34,159 bases of DNA from IMG/VR virus record IMGVR_UViG_3300033420_000024, positions 1-34,159 of that record. One strand, written 5' to 3'. The position numbers were made by a program, and so were the translations under genes. Numbering within the stretch: position 1 is the first letter of the stretch; every line of letters begins with the position of its first letter. The notes under the pieces were generated by a model. The model was not told the DNA's origin, did not search any database, and was given only the letters and a program-made list of their open reading frames with translations. Positions 9,623 to 18,635 of the stretch are shown here, one piece after another. This stretch comes from a virus (Duplodnaviria > Caudoviricetes).

Positions 9623-9658
9623 GGTAAACTTTTGGTCAAAGAGGGCTTATGCTATTTT

Positions 9659-10075
9659 TTAAAATGGCAGATCCTCCATTTCGCCGCTTTGGCTTGGACC
9701 CGGAGCGTCCTGCATACTATCGTTACCGCCTGGGTTCTGACCCTCTTTTTTATCAAGCAATACTATCTCTTTCACCCGTATGTTGGTTGTGTATTTCTTT
9801 TCGCCATCTTTTTCGTATTGCTGTGTGTGGATTGAACCCTCTAAATAAACCTTTGATCCTTTCTTTAGATGTTTATTACACATCTCGGCAAGTTTCCCCC
9901 ACGCGGTTATTCTGTGCCATTCTGTTTTTGACTTCCATTCTCCGCTTTCATCTTTGTAGCTCTGATCGGTTGCAAGACTGAATGTTGCAAGAGCGGAATC
10001 ATCTTTTATCTGTCTGAATTCCGGATCATTGCCTAATCTGCCTAATAGCGTTACTTTGTTTACTGAAAATCCCAT
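9659..10075 (-). CDS. ssb: Single-stranded DNA-binding protein
   Basis: SVNKVTLLGRLGNDPE, TEWHRITAWGKLAE, KGSKVYLEG and acidic EDLPF tail. Confidence 0.97.
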   Translation of the reverse strand: MGFSVNKVTLLGRLGNDPEFRQIKDDSALATFSLATDQSYKDESGEWKSKTEWHRITAWGKLAEMCNKHLKKGSKVYLEGSIHTQQYEKDGEKKYTTNIRVKEIVLLDKKEGQNPGGNDSMQDAPGPSQSGEMEDLPF

Positions 10076-10128
10076 AAAATAGTTCCTTTAATTTAGTTTT
10101 GAAATTAGTTTTGATTTTGATGTTGACT

Positions 10129-10437
10129 TCATATAGAGTCTTTGCTGTTTTCCTTATTTAAATTAGACGCCCTTTCCGTGCTTTCGATGGCTTTTTTTAG
10201 AGCCTGCATTTCATTCCAAGACTTATCGGAACTCTTAATAACATCCAACTCGGTTTCCAGTTCCTTGACTTTTTTCTTGAGCGTATCAACTTCTGTTTTC
10301 AGTTGTTCGGTATTTCCGAATATCTGCTTTACCTCTTCCGGTGAATCAAGGAAACGGATATAAAAATCTTCTTTGGAATAAGTAAGTATCTTCCCGATAT
10401 CACTTACACAAATATAATTTCTATCGTCTTGAGCCAA
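10129..10437 (-). CDS. Hypothetical coiled-coil protein; start uncertain (frame open up to 10500)
   Basis: ORF track; heptad-like C-terminal half. Confidence 0.6.
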   Translation of the reverse strand: MAQDDRNYICVSDIGKILTYSKEDFYIRFLDSPEEVKQIFGNTEQLKTEVDTLKKKVKELETELDVIKSSDKSWNEMQALKKAIESTERASNLNKENSKDSI

Positions 10438-10500
10438 GAGAAATATATTACCGATAGTTTGTTTTGGGGTTTCCCATCCGATTTCAACTCTTCTCGTTTT

Positions 10501-10755
10501 TCACATCTTCTTTATTTTTCGTTTGAGTTCAGTAAGAACATGCATGTCATTCTCAACCTCAATACGTTTTTTGTTTGAATCTATCCACTCCAGCAGTTCC
10601 TTTTTCCATGCGTCTTTGTCGGGGTTCTTGCAATCACTGGCAATAGTTAGATTGTCATCAGGTCTTTCATCCGGCAAATGTTGCCCTCGTATCTGGGTAT
10701 AGTCGGGGAGAGGACAACTTGGATGAACAATTCTTTTGTTAGTAATGAGCATCAA
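10501..10755 (-). CDS. Hypothetical protein with CPLPD motif, probably 5'-truncated (frame open up to 10824)
   Basis: The upstream in-frame extension contains two more Cys but no start codon. Confidence 0.5.
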   Translation of the reverse strand: MMLITNKRIVHPSCPLPDYTQIRGQHLPDERPDDNLTIASDCKNPDKDAWKKELLEWIDSNKKRIEVENDMHVLTELKRKIKKM

Positions 10756-10790
10756 ATTAAATGGATCGTGGAAACAACGTTCTGTATCAC

Positions 10791-10946
10791 TTATAACTCC
10801 ATATTGAAATCTACATCCGAAATATCAAACGCATTAGGAGTAAAATCTTCTTTCCCATTGGGCGAAATGCGGACGCTTTGTTTGGTGATCGCTGAATCGT
10901 TTAGATATTTATCAAATATAGCCTTTATTTCATCCGTAATAATCAT
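10791..10946 (-). CDS. Hypothetical protein (51 aa)
   Basis: ATG at 10946 preceded by GAGAGG. Confidence 0.5.
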   Translation of the reverse strand: MIITDEIKAIFDKYLNDSAITKQSVRISPNGKEDFTPNAFDISDVDFNMEL

Positions 10947-10950
10947 GGTT

Positions 10951-11370
10951 TTAGTTCCTCTCAAAATATACATTAGTTAATTGTTTCTGTTTATTCCATA
11001 CTGACCATTTCCCGTGTGTCCCGCGATCTATTCGCAAATCCTCAACCTTACCGAAAAGATCGTAATTACCGCATAAATCAACTATCATTGCATGGTCTTT
11101 TTCCGGATGTGGTCTGATACCCCTGCCGATCATTTGATAATACAGGGCAAGACTTAATGTAGGTCTGGCTAATACGATTGTTTCGAGTTCCGGATAATCA
11201 AAACCGACCTGCAAAACACCAACATTAGAAATAACTTTAATTTTCCCATCTTTGAATCCATTCAATATTCTTTCACGCTCCGCCTCTGCTTCTATACTAA
11301 GATCATCTTGATTAAATATTTTTTCTTTTGCTTGTTTTAAATCGTCCCACGTTATCATGTTATTAGTCAT
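10951..11370 (-). CDS. Stand-alone SF2 helicase C-terminal domain (RadD/YejH-like fragment)
   Basis: Motif V VLQVGFDYP and motif VI QMIGRGIR; no Walker A or DExH domain. Confidence 0.85.
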   Translation of the reverse strand: MTNNMITWDDLKQAKEKIFNQDDLSIEAEAERERILNGFKDGKIKVISNVGVLQVGFDYPELETIVLARPTLSLALYYQMIGRGIRPHPEKDHAMIVDLCGNYDLFGKVEDLRIDRGTHGKWSVWNKQKQLTNVYFERN

Positions 11371-11374
11371 ATCT

Positions 11375-11980
11375 TCACCTAACCAAACTAATAATTACAC
11401 CCACCAACAAACCCGCAAGACCCACAAAAGTAAACCCAAATTTTGGAATTATGGTTTTTATTTTTAACTCCCCTTTGTCAACAAATTCCTGTATTTCGGC
11501 TAATGGTACCTGTGATTTATCTTTCATTTTTTCGGGAAACTCATTAGTCCCTTGAAACTCAATATACCGCCTGTAAAATAACCAAATCGACCATCCCCGC
11601 ATCCAGTAATAATCATCATCCGACATATCGATTCTGAGAAAAACATAATACAAAACATCACATCCACCGAACCACCAGCCGGTAAAACAGGCTAATAACC
11701 CTAACCATCCTGAATGCAGAAATATTAAAATAAAGCTGACAATCATAAAACTATTCTGCATAACTCGGTATGGCTTGGTTATGCTTTCATCATTCCAGCG
11801 TTGCTTTAAGTGAACCGCATTACCCCATCCAAATACGTCATATACGGTAAACAAAAGAATGAACGAAATGAAGGTAAAAATATCTTGGTTATAAACAGCT
11901 GCCAAGATAAAAAATACAATTCCGATTATCAACGCGTGAATTGTGTACTGGGTTTTAAGAATGTTTTTGAAGTAACTCAT
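11375..11980 (-). CDS. Hypothetical integral membrane protein
   Basis: Several long hydrophobic segments. Confidence 0.75.
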   Translation of the reverse strand: MSYFKNILKTQYTIHALIIGIVFFILAAVYNQDIFTFISFILLFTVYDVFGWGNAVHLKQRWNDESITKPYRVMQNSFMIVSFILIFLHSGWLGLLACFTGWWFGGCDVLYYVFLRIDMSDDDYYWMRGWSIWLFYRRYIEFQGTNEFPEKMKDKSQVPLAEIQEFVDKGELKIKTIIPKFGFTFVGLAGLLVGVIISLVR

Positions 11981-12435
11981 AATGCAACTCCCTTGTTATT
12001 TTCGTTGAACTTTTTAATTGAATCCCTAAAAAGATTCCTATGTAATTTTTTCGCTTGACCTTCCAGATATTTCTGATAAGGCGTATTTATACTACCGTAA
12101 AAAATCGGATCCTCTTTTGGTTCGATTTTGATTGCAATATTAGCTAACTCAATCATCTTTGATTTGTTAGGATTTCTCAACCCTAACAGCCTTATGATTT
12201 TTGCAATAGGTACTATGCTTGAATCAAACGGAAGATTTCCTTTTTCGACCTGAGACCAGTATGCCATATCGTCTGCCGACATATTCAAGCCTTCGCAAAA
12301 TCTTCTTATGCTAAAGCTCTTTTCAATCCTTTTTGCTTTCACGTATTGACCGAAAGTAATTTCTTTTTCCGGCATTTTACAGTCATCAAGTTCGACTGAA
12401 ATTACTTTTTCACCTTTGAATGTTTTTTTGGTCAT
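11977..12435 (-). CDS. XRE-family HTH protein
   Basis: TFGQYVKAKRIEKSFSIRRFCEGL...YWSQVEKG pattern. Confidence 0.75.
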   Translation of the reverse strand: MTKKTFKGEKVISVELDDCKMPEKEITFGQYVKAKRIEKSFSIRRFCEGLNMSADDMAYWSQVEKGNLPFDSSIVPIAKIIRLLGLRNPNKSKMIELANIAIKIEPKEDPIFYGSINTPYQKYLEGQAKKLHRNLFRDSIKKFNENNKGVAL

Positions 12436-12478
12436 TGTTACCTCGTTAAAATTTGGGGAGTTTCCTCCCCGTTAAAAG

Positions 12479-12694
12479 TTATTTTTTTACTTCTTCCGGC
12501 AACATCAAGCCGCTTATGTCTATTGTTTTACCCGAAAGTTTCATATATTCAAACTCTGTTTTTATTGTTGAAATATATTTCCCGGTTGCGTTTGTGATCG
12601 CGTTAGCGGATGCGGGTGTAATTTCTTTTGCTTTTACACCCCTGATTACTTCTGTTAAGGTTTCCCTTAATTCATTCATTGTTAAATTAGGCAT
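12479..12694 (-). CDS. Small helical phage protein
   Basis: 71-aa ORF overlapping the upstream stop. Confidence 0.7.
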   Translation of the reverse strand: MPNLTMNELRETLTEVIRGVKAKEITPASANAITNATGKYISTIKTEFEYMKLSGKTIDISGLMLPEEVKK

Positions 12695-13172
12695 TTTTTT
12701 TCTTCCTTGTTTCGTTTGTTATTTTTTTTAGTTGCATCTCTAATTCTCTAATATCTATTAGGATTCCCGGTATTTCTTCGGCCCTAAGAATAGTCCCCTT
12801 GGATAGTTGTTTCGCCAAACGCATACGGATCAAATCTTCTTTGCTAACGGCATTACTCAGCTCCATTAATTTTTCAATATCAATTACGTATGAATTCGAG
12901 TTTCTACCACAACCTCTGCTCAGCCTCTTTAAAATCCCAAACCTTTGCAATCTTCTAAGCGATCTATGTACGCTGTGGTAAAGTAAGCCCCCGCATACCG
13001 GTGAAGATATTTCTTCGATTGTTGCAGTAACGCCTGTATCCAAAGCATTGTTATTCACAATGAGAGAGACCAGTAATAACCTATCCAAATGAGTCACATT
13101 CTTAATACTTAATGCGGCTCTTATCTTATCTAATAAAAATTCGTATCTGTCTTTTGATTTCGTATTAGACAT
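12687..13172 (-). CDS. Winged-HTH domain protein
   Basis: TIEEIS...SVHRSLRRLQRFGILKR...SNSYVI pattern; ATG at 13172. Confidence 0.65.
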   Translation of the reverse strand: MSNTKSKDRYEFLLDKIRAALSIKNVTHLDRLLLVSLIVNNNALDTGVTATIEEISSPVCGGLLYHSVHRSLRRLQRFGILKRLSRGCGRNSNSYVIDIEKLMELSNAVSKEDLIRMRLAKQLSKGTILRAEEIPGILIDIRELEMQLKKITNETRKKKNA

Positions 13173-13252
13173 TTTTCCCTTCACCGCAATATTTACAAAT
13201 TCGAGTTTCCATTTTTATATAAAATTTAGTTATTAAATTAGTTAATAATTTT

Positions 13253-13384
13253 TCACTTCCATAAATCGCTTTTACAGCGTTTTTGTTTCGAGTTTATATA
13301 TTTTATCAAATAAGATTTTTTATATAAACCTTGCCTTGATTCCTTTTGAAATTCCCCTATTTCCGGGTATGAGTTCAACCCCAT
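13253..13384 (-). CDS. Possible 43-aa ORF
   Basis: TGATG overlap with the upstream stop; hand translation MGLNSYPEIG...SDLWK. Confidence 0.3.
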   Translation of the reverse strand: MGLNSYPEIGEFQKESRQGLYKKSYLIKYINSKQKRCKSDLWK

Positions 13385-14349
13385 CAAATCACCTGTTTAG
13401 AATTTTTGAAATCTTCTAAGAATTTTGCAAGTATTTTTTCAACCGGTTCATCTTGATTTTTGATTGTTATGAAATAAGTTTTATTCTGGAATATAACTTT
13501 CTCGAGTGATCCCCTCAGTTCCTCAGGTGTTTCAGATTCCGGATAAATTCCTTTGAGCCTCAGCTCCCGATATAAATCTTCGTTAATCGAATGTATTTTA
13601 GCTTTCTGAATTTCAGGTTCATTCGATAACGGATAAGAAAAAGATTTTAACATCAAACTTAGACTTTCGATATCTCTCAGTTTTTTGATTTCGTTTTCGT
13701 CATCTTTACGAATAACCCATCCCTCTGGGATTTCGCCCCAACTTTCAAACCATGCCCTTGATTCGTTTATTTTTTCGTTATCGATTATGAACCATTTATC
13801 CACAATCTGCTTTTCTTCCGGGAATGGACATTTGCCAAAGTTCTTATCCCAGTAATAAATATCACCGTCCGCGCCTTTGAATCGGATAAAATCAGAATGA
13901 ACCCGCCCGCCATCCGTGCATAGTTTTTGTTTTTTTGATCCCGTGAAACATTTACCTGCGGGAAAAGCTAATATGTCCGGTATAATCCATTTGTCGTAAT
14001 ACGTGATTTTGTTTTTCAAGAAATGCTTCACAGCGTCAACCGCCTGCTTGCACGTCCAATCTTCTTCGATCATAAAATCAAAAAGCAGATCTATTTTTTC
14101 TGAGGATTGTCCTTTCTCGAATGCTTTCTCGAATAATTTTTCACATTCAGCTTTCACGAAATCAAACTGTTCCGGACTTACAGCCGATAGCAACGGATCA
14201 CCTCCTGCATGATATACGGATATTTCACCGTTAATTCCGTGTTGGTTCAGCTGGAACGGCTTTCCGTTCCCGTATGGCTTTATATCTTGCTGCTTTCTGT
14301 TCGATAGTTTCATTAAGGAATTCTTTTGATCCCTGTTTGGTGTTTCCAT
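13384..14349 (-). CDS. Hypothetical replication-module protein (position of a helicase loader); start uncertain
   Basis: Overlaps the 3' end of the initiator gene; no ATPase motif seen. Confidence 0.55.
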   Translation of the reverse strand: METPNRDQKNSLMKLSNRKQQDIKPYGNGKPFQLNQHGINGEISVYHAGGDPLLSAVSPEQFDFVKAECEKLFEKAFEKGQSSEKIDLLFDFMIEEDWTCKQAVDAVKHFLKNKITYYDKWIIPDILAFPAGKCFTGSKKQKLCTDGGRVHSDFIRFKGADGDIYYWDKNFGKCPFPEEKQIVDKWFIIDNEKINESRAWFESWGEIPEGWVIRKDDENEIKKLRDIESLSLMLKSFSYPLSNEPEIQKAKIHSINEDLYRELRLKGIYPESETPEELRGSLEKVIFQNKTYFITIKNQDEPVEKILAKFLEDFKNSKQVI

Positions 14350-15364
14350 CTGGATTCTCCATTTGTGATTTTAGCATTGTGTAATTTTTAAATAACTTTT
14401 CAGGACTCACAATTCGGCTTTGCCAGAATGGGTGAGCCAGCGCCCAAAGCAAGACCTTTTCGATTTCGCTCCTATCCCTGCCGTTGGACATGTAGAAAAT
14501 ATCATTTGCCCATCCCTGAATATTTATTTTCACTCCCGAATCCTTTTTCTTGATTTCCTGAGCAAACTTCGAGGCGATATAATACTCCTCACTTGCGATG
14601 CTGAACATCCTGAAAGTTTGTTTAGGCGGATCCGGAGGTTCTGGGGTTTCCGGAGGGTTTGTATCTTCGATTATTTCCGGAGTGATAATTTCAGGATCAG
14701 GGGTTTCCAAAGTTCCGCTTTGACCAGGTTCCGGATTTTCTTTTTTCGGCTTAATAGAATTAATATCCTTTACTTTACTCTTCTTTTCTTTTATATACCG
14801 CTCAGAATCTGGATTGACTCCGGATTGAATCTGGATTGACTCCGGATTGAATCTGGATTGACTCCGGATTGAATCTGGATTGACTCCGGATTTACCCTGC
14901 AATAAATCAAGTATCAATCTGGATTGAATCTGGATTATTTCTTCACAAGTCATTGTAAACAAAGATTCTTCCGATAATACTTTTATACGGTTTTTTATTT
15001 TATCAAAAAATATATTTTTAATATTCTCTTTGCTTTTGTAAAGTTTCAGTAAATAATCCTTATGATTTAATAGGAAATTTGAACTAAAAAGAATATTCTG
15101 ACTGTGAAGTTCTTTGCTTATAAGTCCCTTTTTAGCCAAATATTCTATTATTTCTTTAATCTGTGCTGAATCCAAATTTAAAGAAGCTGCGAAACCCCTA
15201 AGCCATTGCGGAGTCATGAATACCATATACAGGTTATCCTGTCGCAATGCTAACTCTTCCAGCAAAGAGAACCATACCGCATACCCTACAGCTCCATGTT
15301 TACTTATAAGAAATCCTATCGATTCGTCTGCTCTTGTATTTACCGAGTGCCCAAAATAATTCAT
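14231..15364 (-). CDS. Phage replication initiator (Lin1244/DUF4373-like N-terminus)
   Basis: MNYFGH...HGAVGYAVWFSLLEEL N-terminus, internal iterons, C-terminal FWQSRIVSPEKLFKNY motif of initiator C-domains. Confidence 0.8.
   Translation of the reverse strand: MNYFGHSVNTRADESIGFLISKHGAVGYAVWFSLLEELALRQDNLYMVFMTPQWLRGFAASLNLDSAQIKEIIEYLAKKGLISKELHSQNILFSSNFLLNHKDYLLKLYKSKENIKNIFFDKIKNRIKVLSEESLFTMTCEEIIQIQSRLILDLLQGKSGVNPDSIRSQSRFNPESIQIQSGVNPDSERYIKEKKSKVKDINSIKPKKENPEPGQSGTLETPDPEIITPEIIEDTNPPETPEPPDPPKQTFRMFSIASEEYYIASKFAQEIKKKDSGVKINIQGWANDIFYMSNGRDRSEIEKVLLWALAHPFWQSRIVSPEKLFKNYTMLKSQMENPDGNTKQGSKEFLNETIEQKAARYKAIRERKAVPAEPTRN
14805..14936. repeat. Iteron array, probable replication origin
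   Basis: Four perfect copies of GAATCTGGATTGACTCCGGATT at 14805-14892, plus two 11-mers at 14915-14936, next to an AT-rich tract. Confidence 0.85.
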
Positions 15365-15390
15365 TCTTTCTCTTTCCTTAATTTATAAGT

Positions 15391-15864
15391 TTACTTCACA
15401 ATCCACATTATACACAAATCCATCAGGTTCGAAGCGTCCGCCTTGTTGTGATTTTGTCCGATAGTTGATATTAGCTCCGGATGTTTGGTTTTAGCGCGTC
15501 TAAGGCTTATCTCCTTGCTCATACCGGCGGGGAATTTACCTAACAGTAACCCCTGCCATTTTTGAGGTTCTACTTTTTCGATATGGAAACCGCATGAGTA
15601 AAGAGCCGATAACCAATTACCGTAATTCTCACCGAAACGGAATGTTTTCTCGGCAGCCCACCTGACGCCCTTGCCGCCCTTTTCGCCTCTACCGTGAACC
15701 TTCTCAATTACGGCGTATTTATTCTTTTCTCCGTCTGACAAGAATTTTAACAAGTCAACAATCTTTTCATATGTTTCAGGACATTTGAAGATTTCGGTTC
15801 TACGGTTACTGAATGATGATATTGCTCCGGACCAGCCGGGATCGATTCCTATAAAGATTGACAT
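15391..15864 (-). CDS. RuvC-like Holliday junction resolvase
   Basis: IGIDPG, VIEKV, FGENYG, PQKWQ, ADA motifs; ATG at 15864 after GGAGG. Confidence 0.85.
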   Translation of the reverse strand: MSIFIGIDPGWSGAISSFSNRRTEIFKCPETYEKIVDLLKFLSDGEKNKYAVIEKVHGRGEKGGKGVRWAAEKTFRFGENYGNWLSALYSCGFHIEKVEPQKWQGLLLGKFPAGMSKEISLRRAKTKHPELISTIGQNHNKADASNLMDLCIMWIVK

Positions 15865-15865
15865 T

Positions 15866-16087
15866 CTATTTACTCCCTCCAAATAAATCTAAAACCTTCA
15901 CACTGCTTTGTTCATCTTTTTGAGTTTCTATCAAATCGAAAAAATATCTGTTTTCTTTAATCATTTTTTCAGGCAGCATAACCATAGCGCCTAATACTAA
16001 ATAATTTTTTTCTTTTTCAAGTTCATAGCATCCTTTCTTAAGTGCCATATCGTAATAACAAAAATCATGCTTTATGTGTAGCTTCAC
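15866..16087 (-). CDS. Hypothetical protein (73 aa)
   Basis: GTG start in a GTGA overlap with the upstream stop, preceded by GGAGG. Confidence 0.6.
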   Translation of the reverse strand: MKLHIKHDFCYYDMALKKGCYELEKEKNYLVLGAMVMLPEKMIKENRYFFDLIETQKDEQSSVKVLDLFGGSK

Positions 16088-16353
16088 TTTCCAACCTCCG
16101 TGAATACGTATACAATACCGCCGACCGAAATCATGTAGCAATATTTACCCTGAATTTTTGATCTGTAATATTCTACCATTCTATTTTTATATAATGAGGT
16201 AATGCCTCTACTAAGTCCGGTTGCTTCGTAAATATCTTTTGTTTTTATGAGAGCGATAAATTTATCATATCTCATTTGTCTTTTGTTCCCCATAATTTCC
16301 GATAGTTCGTCTGGGTTTAGTGTTCTGCTTGATCCGTAAAGTTTGTATTTCAT
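16084..16353 (-). CDS. Hypothetical protein (89 aa)
   Basis: ORF track; fits the operon. Confidence 0.65.
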   Translation of the reverse strand: MKYKLYGSSRTLNPDELSEIMGNKRQMRYDKFIALIKTKDIYEATGLSRGITSLYKNRMVEYYRSKIQGKYCYMISVGGIVYVFTEVGK

Positions 16354-16519
16354 TATGTAGTTACCTTGTTTTCGTTTAATTCAGGCGGTCTCATTTGAAA
16401 CCGCCTTTGGTGTTCCATGTAGGTAAAATTAAATTCAAAGATTTTTTTTCTATCATAGTCCTCCGGATATGTTTGTAATTAGTTATTTAATGCCGTTTGA
16501 CTATTTCTTAATTGGTCTA

Positions 16520-17302
16520 TTATCTCATAGGCTCATCTCCGGTTTGATGATTTCCCAGATATTTGTCTTTATCGATTACAATTAAAACAGTTTCTATGTT
16601 TGTACCGCTCTCTTTGAATGTTCCTTTTTCGATTTCTTCAATAAAGCAGTCCTTCCCATCAAGCCAGTTTTTGAAATCAGTCTCTTTTTTATTGCTTGAT
16701 ATTTTCCAGTGCTTAGAGGAAAGCGTTACGATACGTCCACCCGGTTTGGTAACTTCATACATCTTGTAAATATGATCTATGTCTTGGTTTTTTGAGAATG
16801 GCGGGTTAGCGATAACCAAATCGTATTTATCCGTCCTATCACATTCTAAAAAATCATTACCGCATAAAGTTACTCCTGGAATATCTAAAAGCATCATATA
16901 GTTTATATCCATTGCTTCATAGCAATCAACTCTTATGAGCGGTTCAACCTTTTTAATAGCCTTTATAAGCGCGCCTTGACCTGCTGACGGCTCTAAGACT
17001 TTCATCATAGAATTTAAGTTGGAAAGTTCCACCATGTAATCGGCTAATTTTTCAGGGGTTGCGAAAAACTGATATTCTTTTTTTAGATTTGCTTTTTCTC
17101 CGTTTTTTATTTTCTCGAAATAATCAGTTGGGTCATTAGGGAAAACAAAGCCGGATACTTTCCCGCCCTTCCATTTTCCTCCGATTAATTCAAGAGAATT
17201 TTTCACTTCTAAATAAAGGTTTCGATCAAGTTGTGCGTCAGGCAGTTTTAAAATATTTCCATTTATTGTGCATCTTTCAAATACTTCTTCTTTGGTTGTC
17301 AT
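16520..17302 (-). CDS. Orphan amino-type (N6A/N4C) DNA methyltransferase
   Basis: FFATP, motif I VLEPSAGQG, motif IV ANPPF, FKESGT. Confidence 0.85.
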   Translation of the reverse strand: MTTKEEVFERCTINGNILKLPDAQLDRNLYLEVKNSLELIGGKWKGGKVSGFVFPNDPTDYFEKIKNGEKANLKKEYQFFATPEKLADYMVELSNLNSMMKVLEPSAGQGALIKAIKKVEPLIRVDCYEAMDINYMMLLDIPGVTLCGNDFLECDRTDKYDLVIANPPFSKNQDIDHIYKMYEVTKPGGRIVTLSSKHWKISSNKKETDFKNWLDGKDCFIEEIEKGTFKESGTNIETVLIVIDKDKYLGNHQTGDEPMR

Positions 17303-17496
17303 CCATTATTCCTTGTTTGATTAAATGATTTTTGTTTACACGTTACAAAATGAGATACTCTCACATGAACATACCTGCCGGTTGCTTTATCGTATTGAAC
17401 CGAAGGATTGACATTCAAAGGAATCTTTTTATGATTCTGATTGAATACAAATTCGATTTTTTCTCCGCACTTCTTGCAGGTTATGATTGCTCCCAT
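17299..17496 (-). CDS. Small zinc-binding phage protein
   Basis: CKKC...HFVTC. Confidence 0.75.
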   Translation of the reverse strand: MGAIITCKKCGEKIEFVFNQNHKKIPLNVNPSVQYDKATGRYVHVRVSHFVTCKQKSFNQTRNNG

Positions 17497-17500
17497 GATA

Positions 17501-17860
17501 TTACACTAAACTTAATTGTTCAACATCGTTTTTACACTGTTTTGGAATAATAACAGGATTGGTTTCCTCAATGAAATAACCACCTGCTTTTATTCTGTTT
17601 TTTGTGATTTCCAATTCAAAGACGTCTGATTTGAGAACATATATTCCGGTTTGTCTGCAAGGCATTTCATACCTAACAAGACCCTTGAATCTTAATTCTC
17701 TCAAATACCTTAAGCCGTGCTTGAGGGTTACAGGATTGAAATTAACTATATCCTCTTCCCTAAACTGCTTGTTTCTGCTTACCGCAATTGTTGAAAGGAA
17801 ATCAATCACAGTCGGCATATACTCCGACCATTTAATTTTTATTTCAACCCACCTCTGCAT
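17501..17860 (-). CDS. Hypothetical protein, possible winged HTH
   Basis: LRYLRELRFKGLVRY...GIY pattern; TAATG-coupled. Confidence 0.55.
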   Translation of the reverse strand: MQRWVEIKIKWSEYMPTVIDFLSTIAVSRNKQFREEDIVNFNPVTLKHGLRYLRELRFKGLVRYEMPCRQTGIYVLKSDVFELEITKNRIKAGGYFIEETNPVIIPKQCKNDVEQLSLV

Positions 17861-18609
17861 TACGCCGCTTCCTCTGATTTTTCGGTTTTTAGATCCTCAA
17901 GAATCAATTCGAGTTCGGTAATAGATAGTTTGCTCAGCTTTTCCATTTCTTCTTTTCTATCACCGAAAATAATTTGATCTTTTTCGATTTTAGCTGTTAT
18001 TATTTTACTAATCAGATCGCTTTGATACTTTTTAGGAGTGTTTTTTGATTTGAATTTTCTCTGACTGATTTTCCGGTCAATTTCTTTGTTTAATCCTTCT
18101 TCCGGATTTTCGTTAAGAGTTTTCAGTAAATCTTGCAACTCTTTTATTGAGTTCTTTTGTAGGTTGCTTTCAAGGTCAACCGTAAAAGTTTCAGGTTCAT
18201 TAAGTTCATACCAGTCGATGATTGATTGAATAAGCTCGGCTTTTTCTCTCATTGCGGGCGTGGTTACCTCGATTGTGAGATCGCCTTCGTGAAGCACTTT
18301 TTTTAGTTCACTTACCGCTTGATTTACTCCACCATAAGGGAAATCCCTTACCAGCGCTTCGCCTTTTGCAAATAAATCTCTTTCTGATTCAAACAGTCCC
18401 GGCTGCATAATTTTTTCGCTAAATTCAGAAATATCGTAAACAAACTTTCCAATACGTTTTTTTAACGCTTGTTTTAATATCTCGACATTTTCAGATTCAA
18501 GAATGATATCATCGGCTTCTTTTAGAGCATACTGCCTATCTGCGGGATTCCAGTTTTCACCGTCTTTTAATGCGATACCAATCGCCTCAATAAATTTTGT
18601 ATCTTCCAT
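17860..18609 (-). CDS. Hypothetical protein (249 aa)
   Basis: Long ORF with AAGGTG ribosome-binding site. Confidence 0.75.
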   Translation of the reverse strand: MEDTKFIEAIGIALKDGENWNPADRQYALKEADDIILESENVEILKQALKKRIGKFVYDISEFSEKIMQPGLFESERDLFAKGEALVRDFPYGGVNQAVSELKKVLHEGDLTIEVTTPAMREKAELIQSIIDWYELNEPETFTVDLESNLQKNSIKELQDLLKTLNENPEEGLNKEIDRKISQRKFKSKNTPKKYQSDLISKIITAKIEKDQIIFGDRKEEMEKLSKLSITELELILEDLKTEKSEEAA

Positions 18610-18635
18610 TTTTTACACCTTTAAAATAATTTTAT

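Noticed and set aside
9291-9658. tRNA or tRNA fragment as the att core
   Set aside because: No T-loop (GTTCRA) or CCA-end pattern was recognised; the core could not be located from this sequence alone.
14805-14892. CRISPR array
   Set aside because: The repeats are contiguous with no spacers and lie inside the initiator gene; they fit iterons.
16520-17302. Restriction-modification system
   Set aside because: No adjacent restriction endonuclease gene; orphan methyltransferases are routine in phage early regions.
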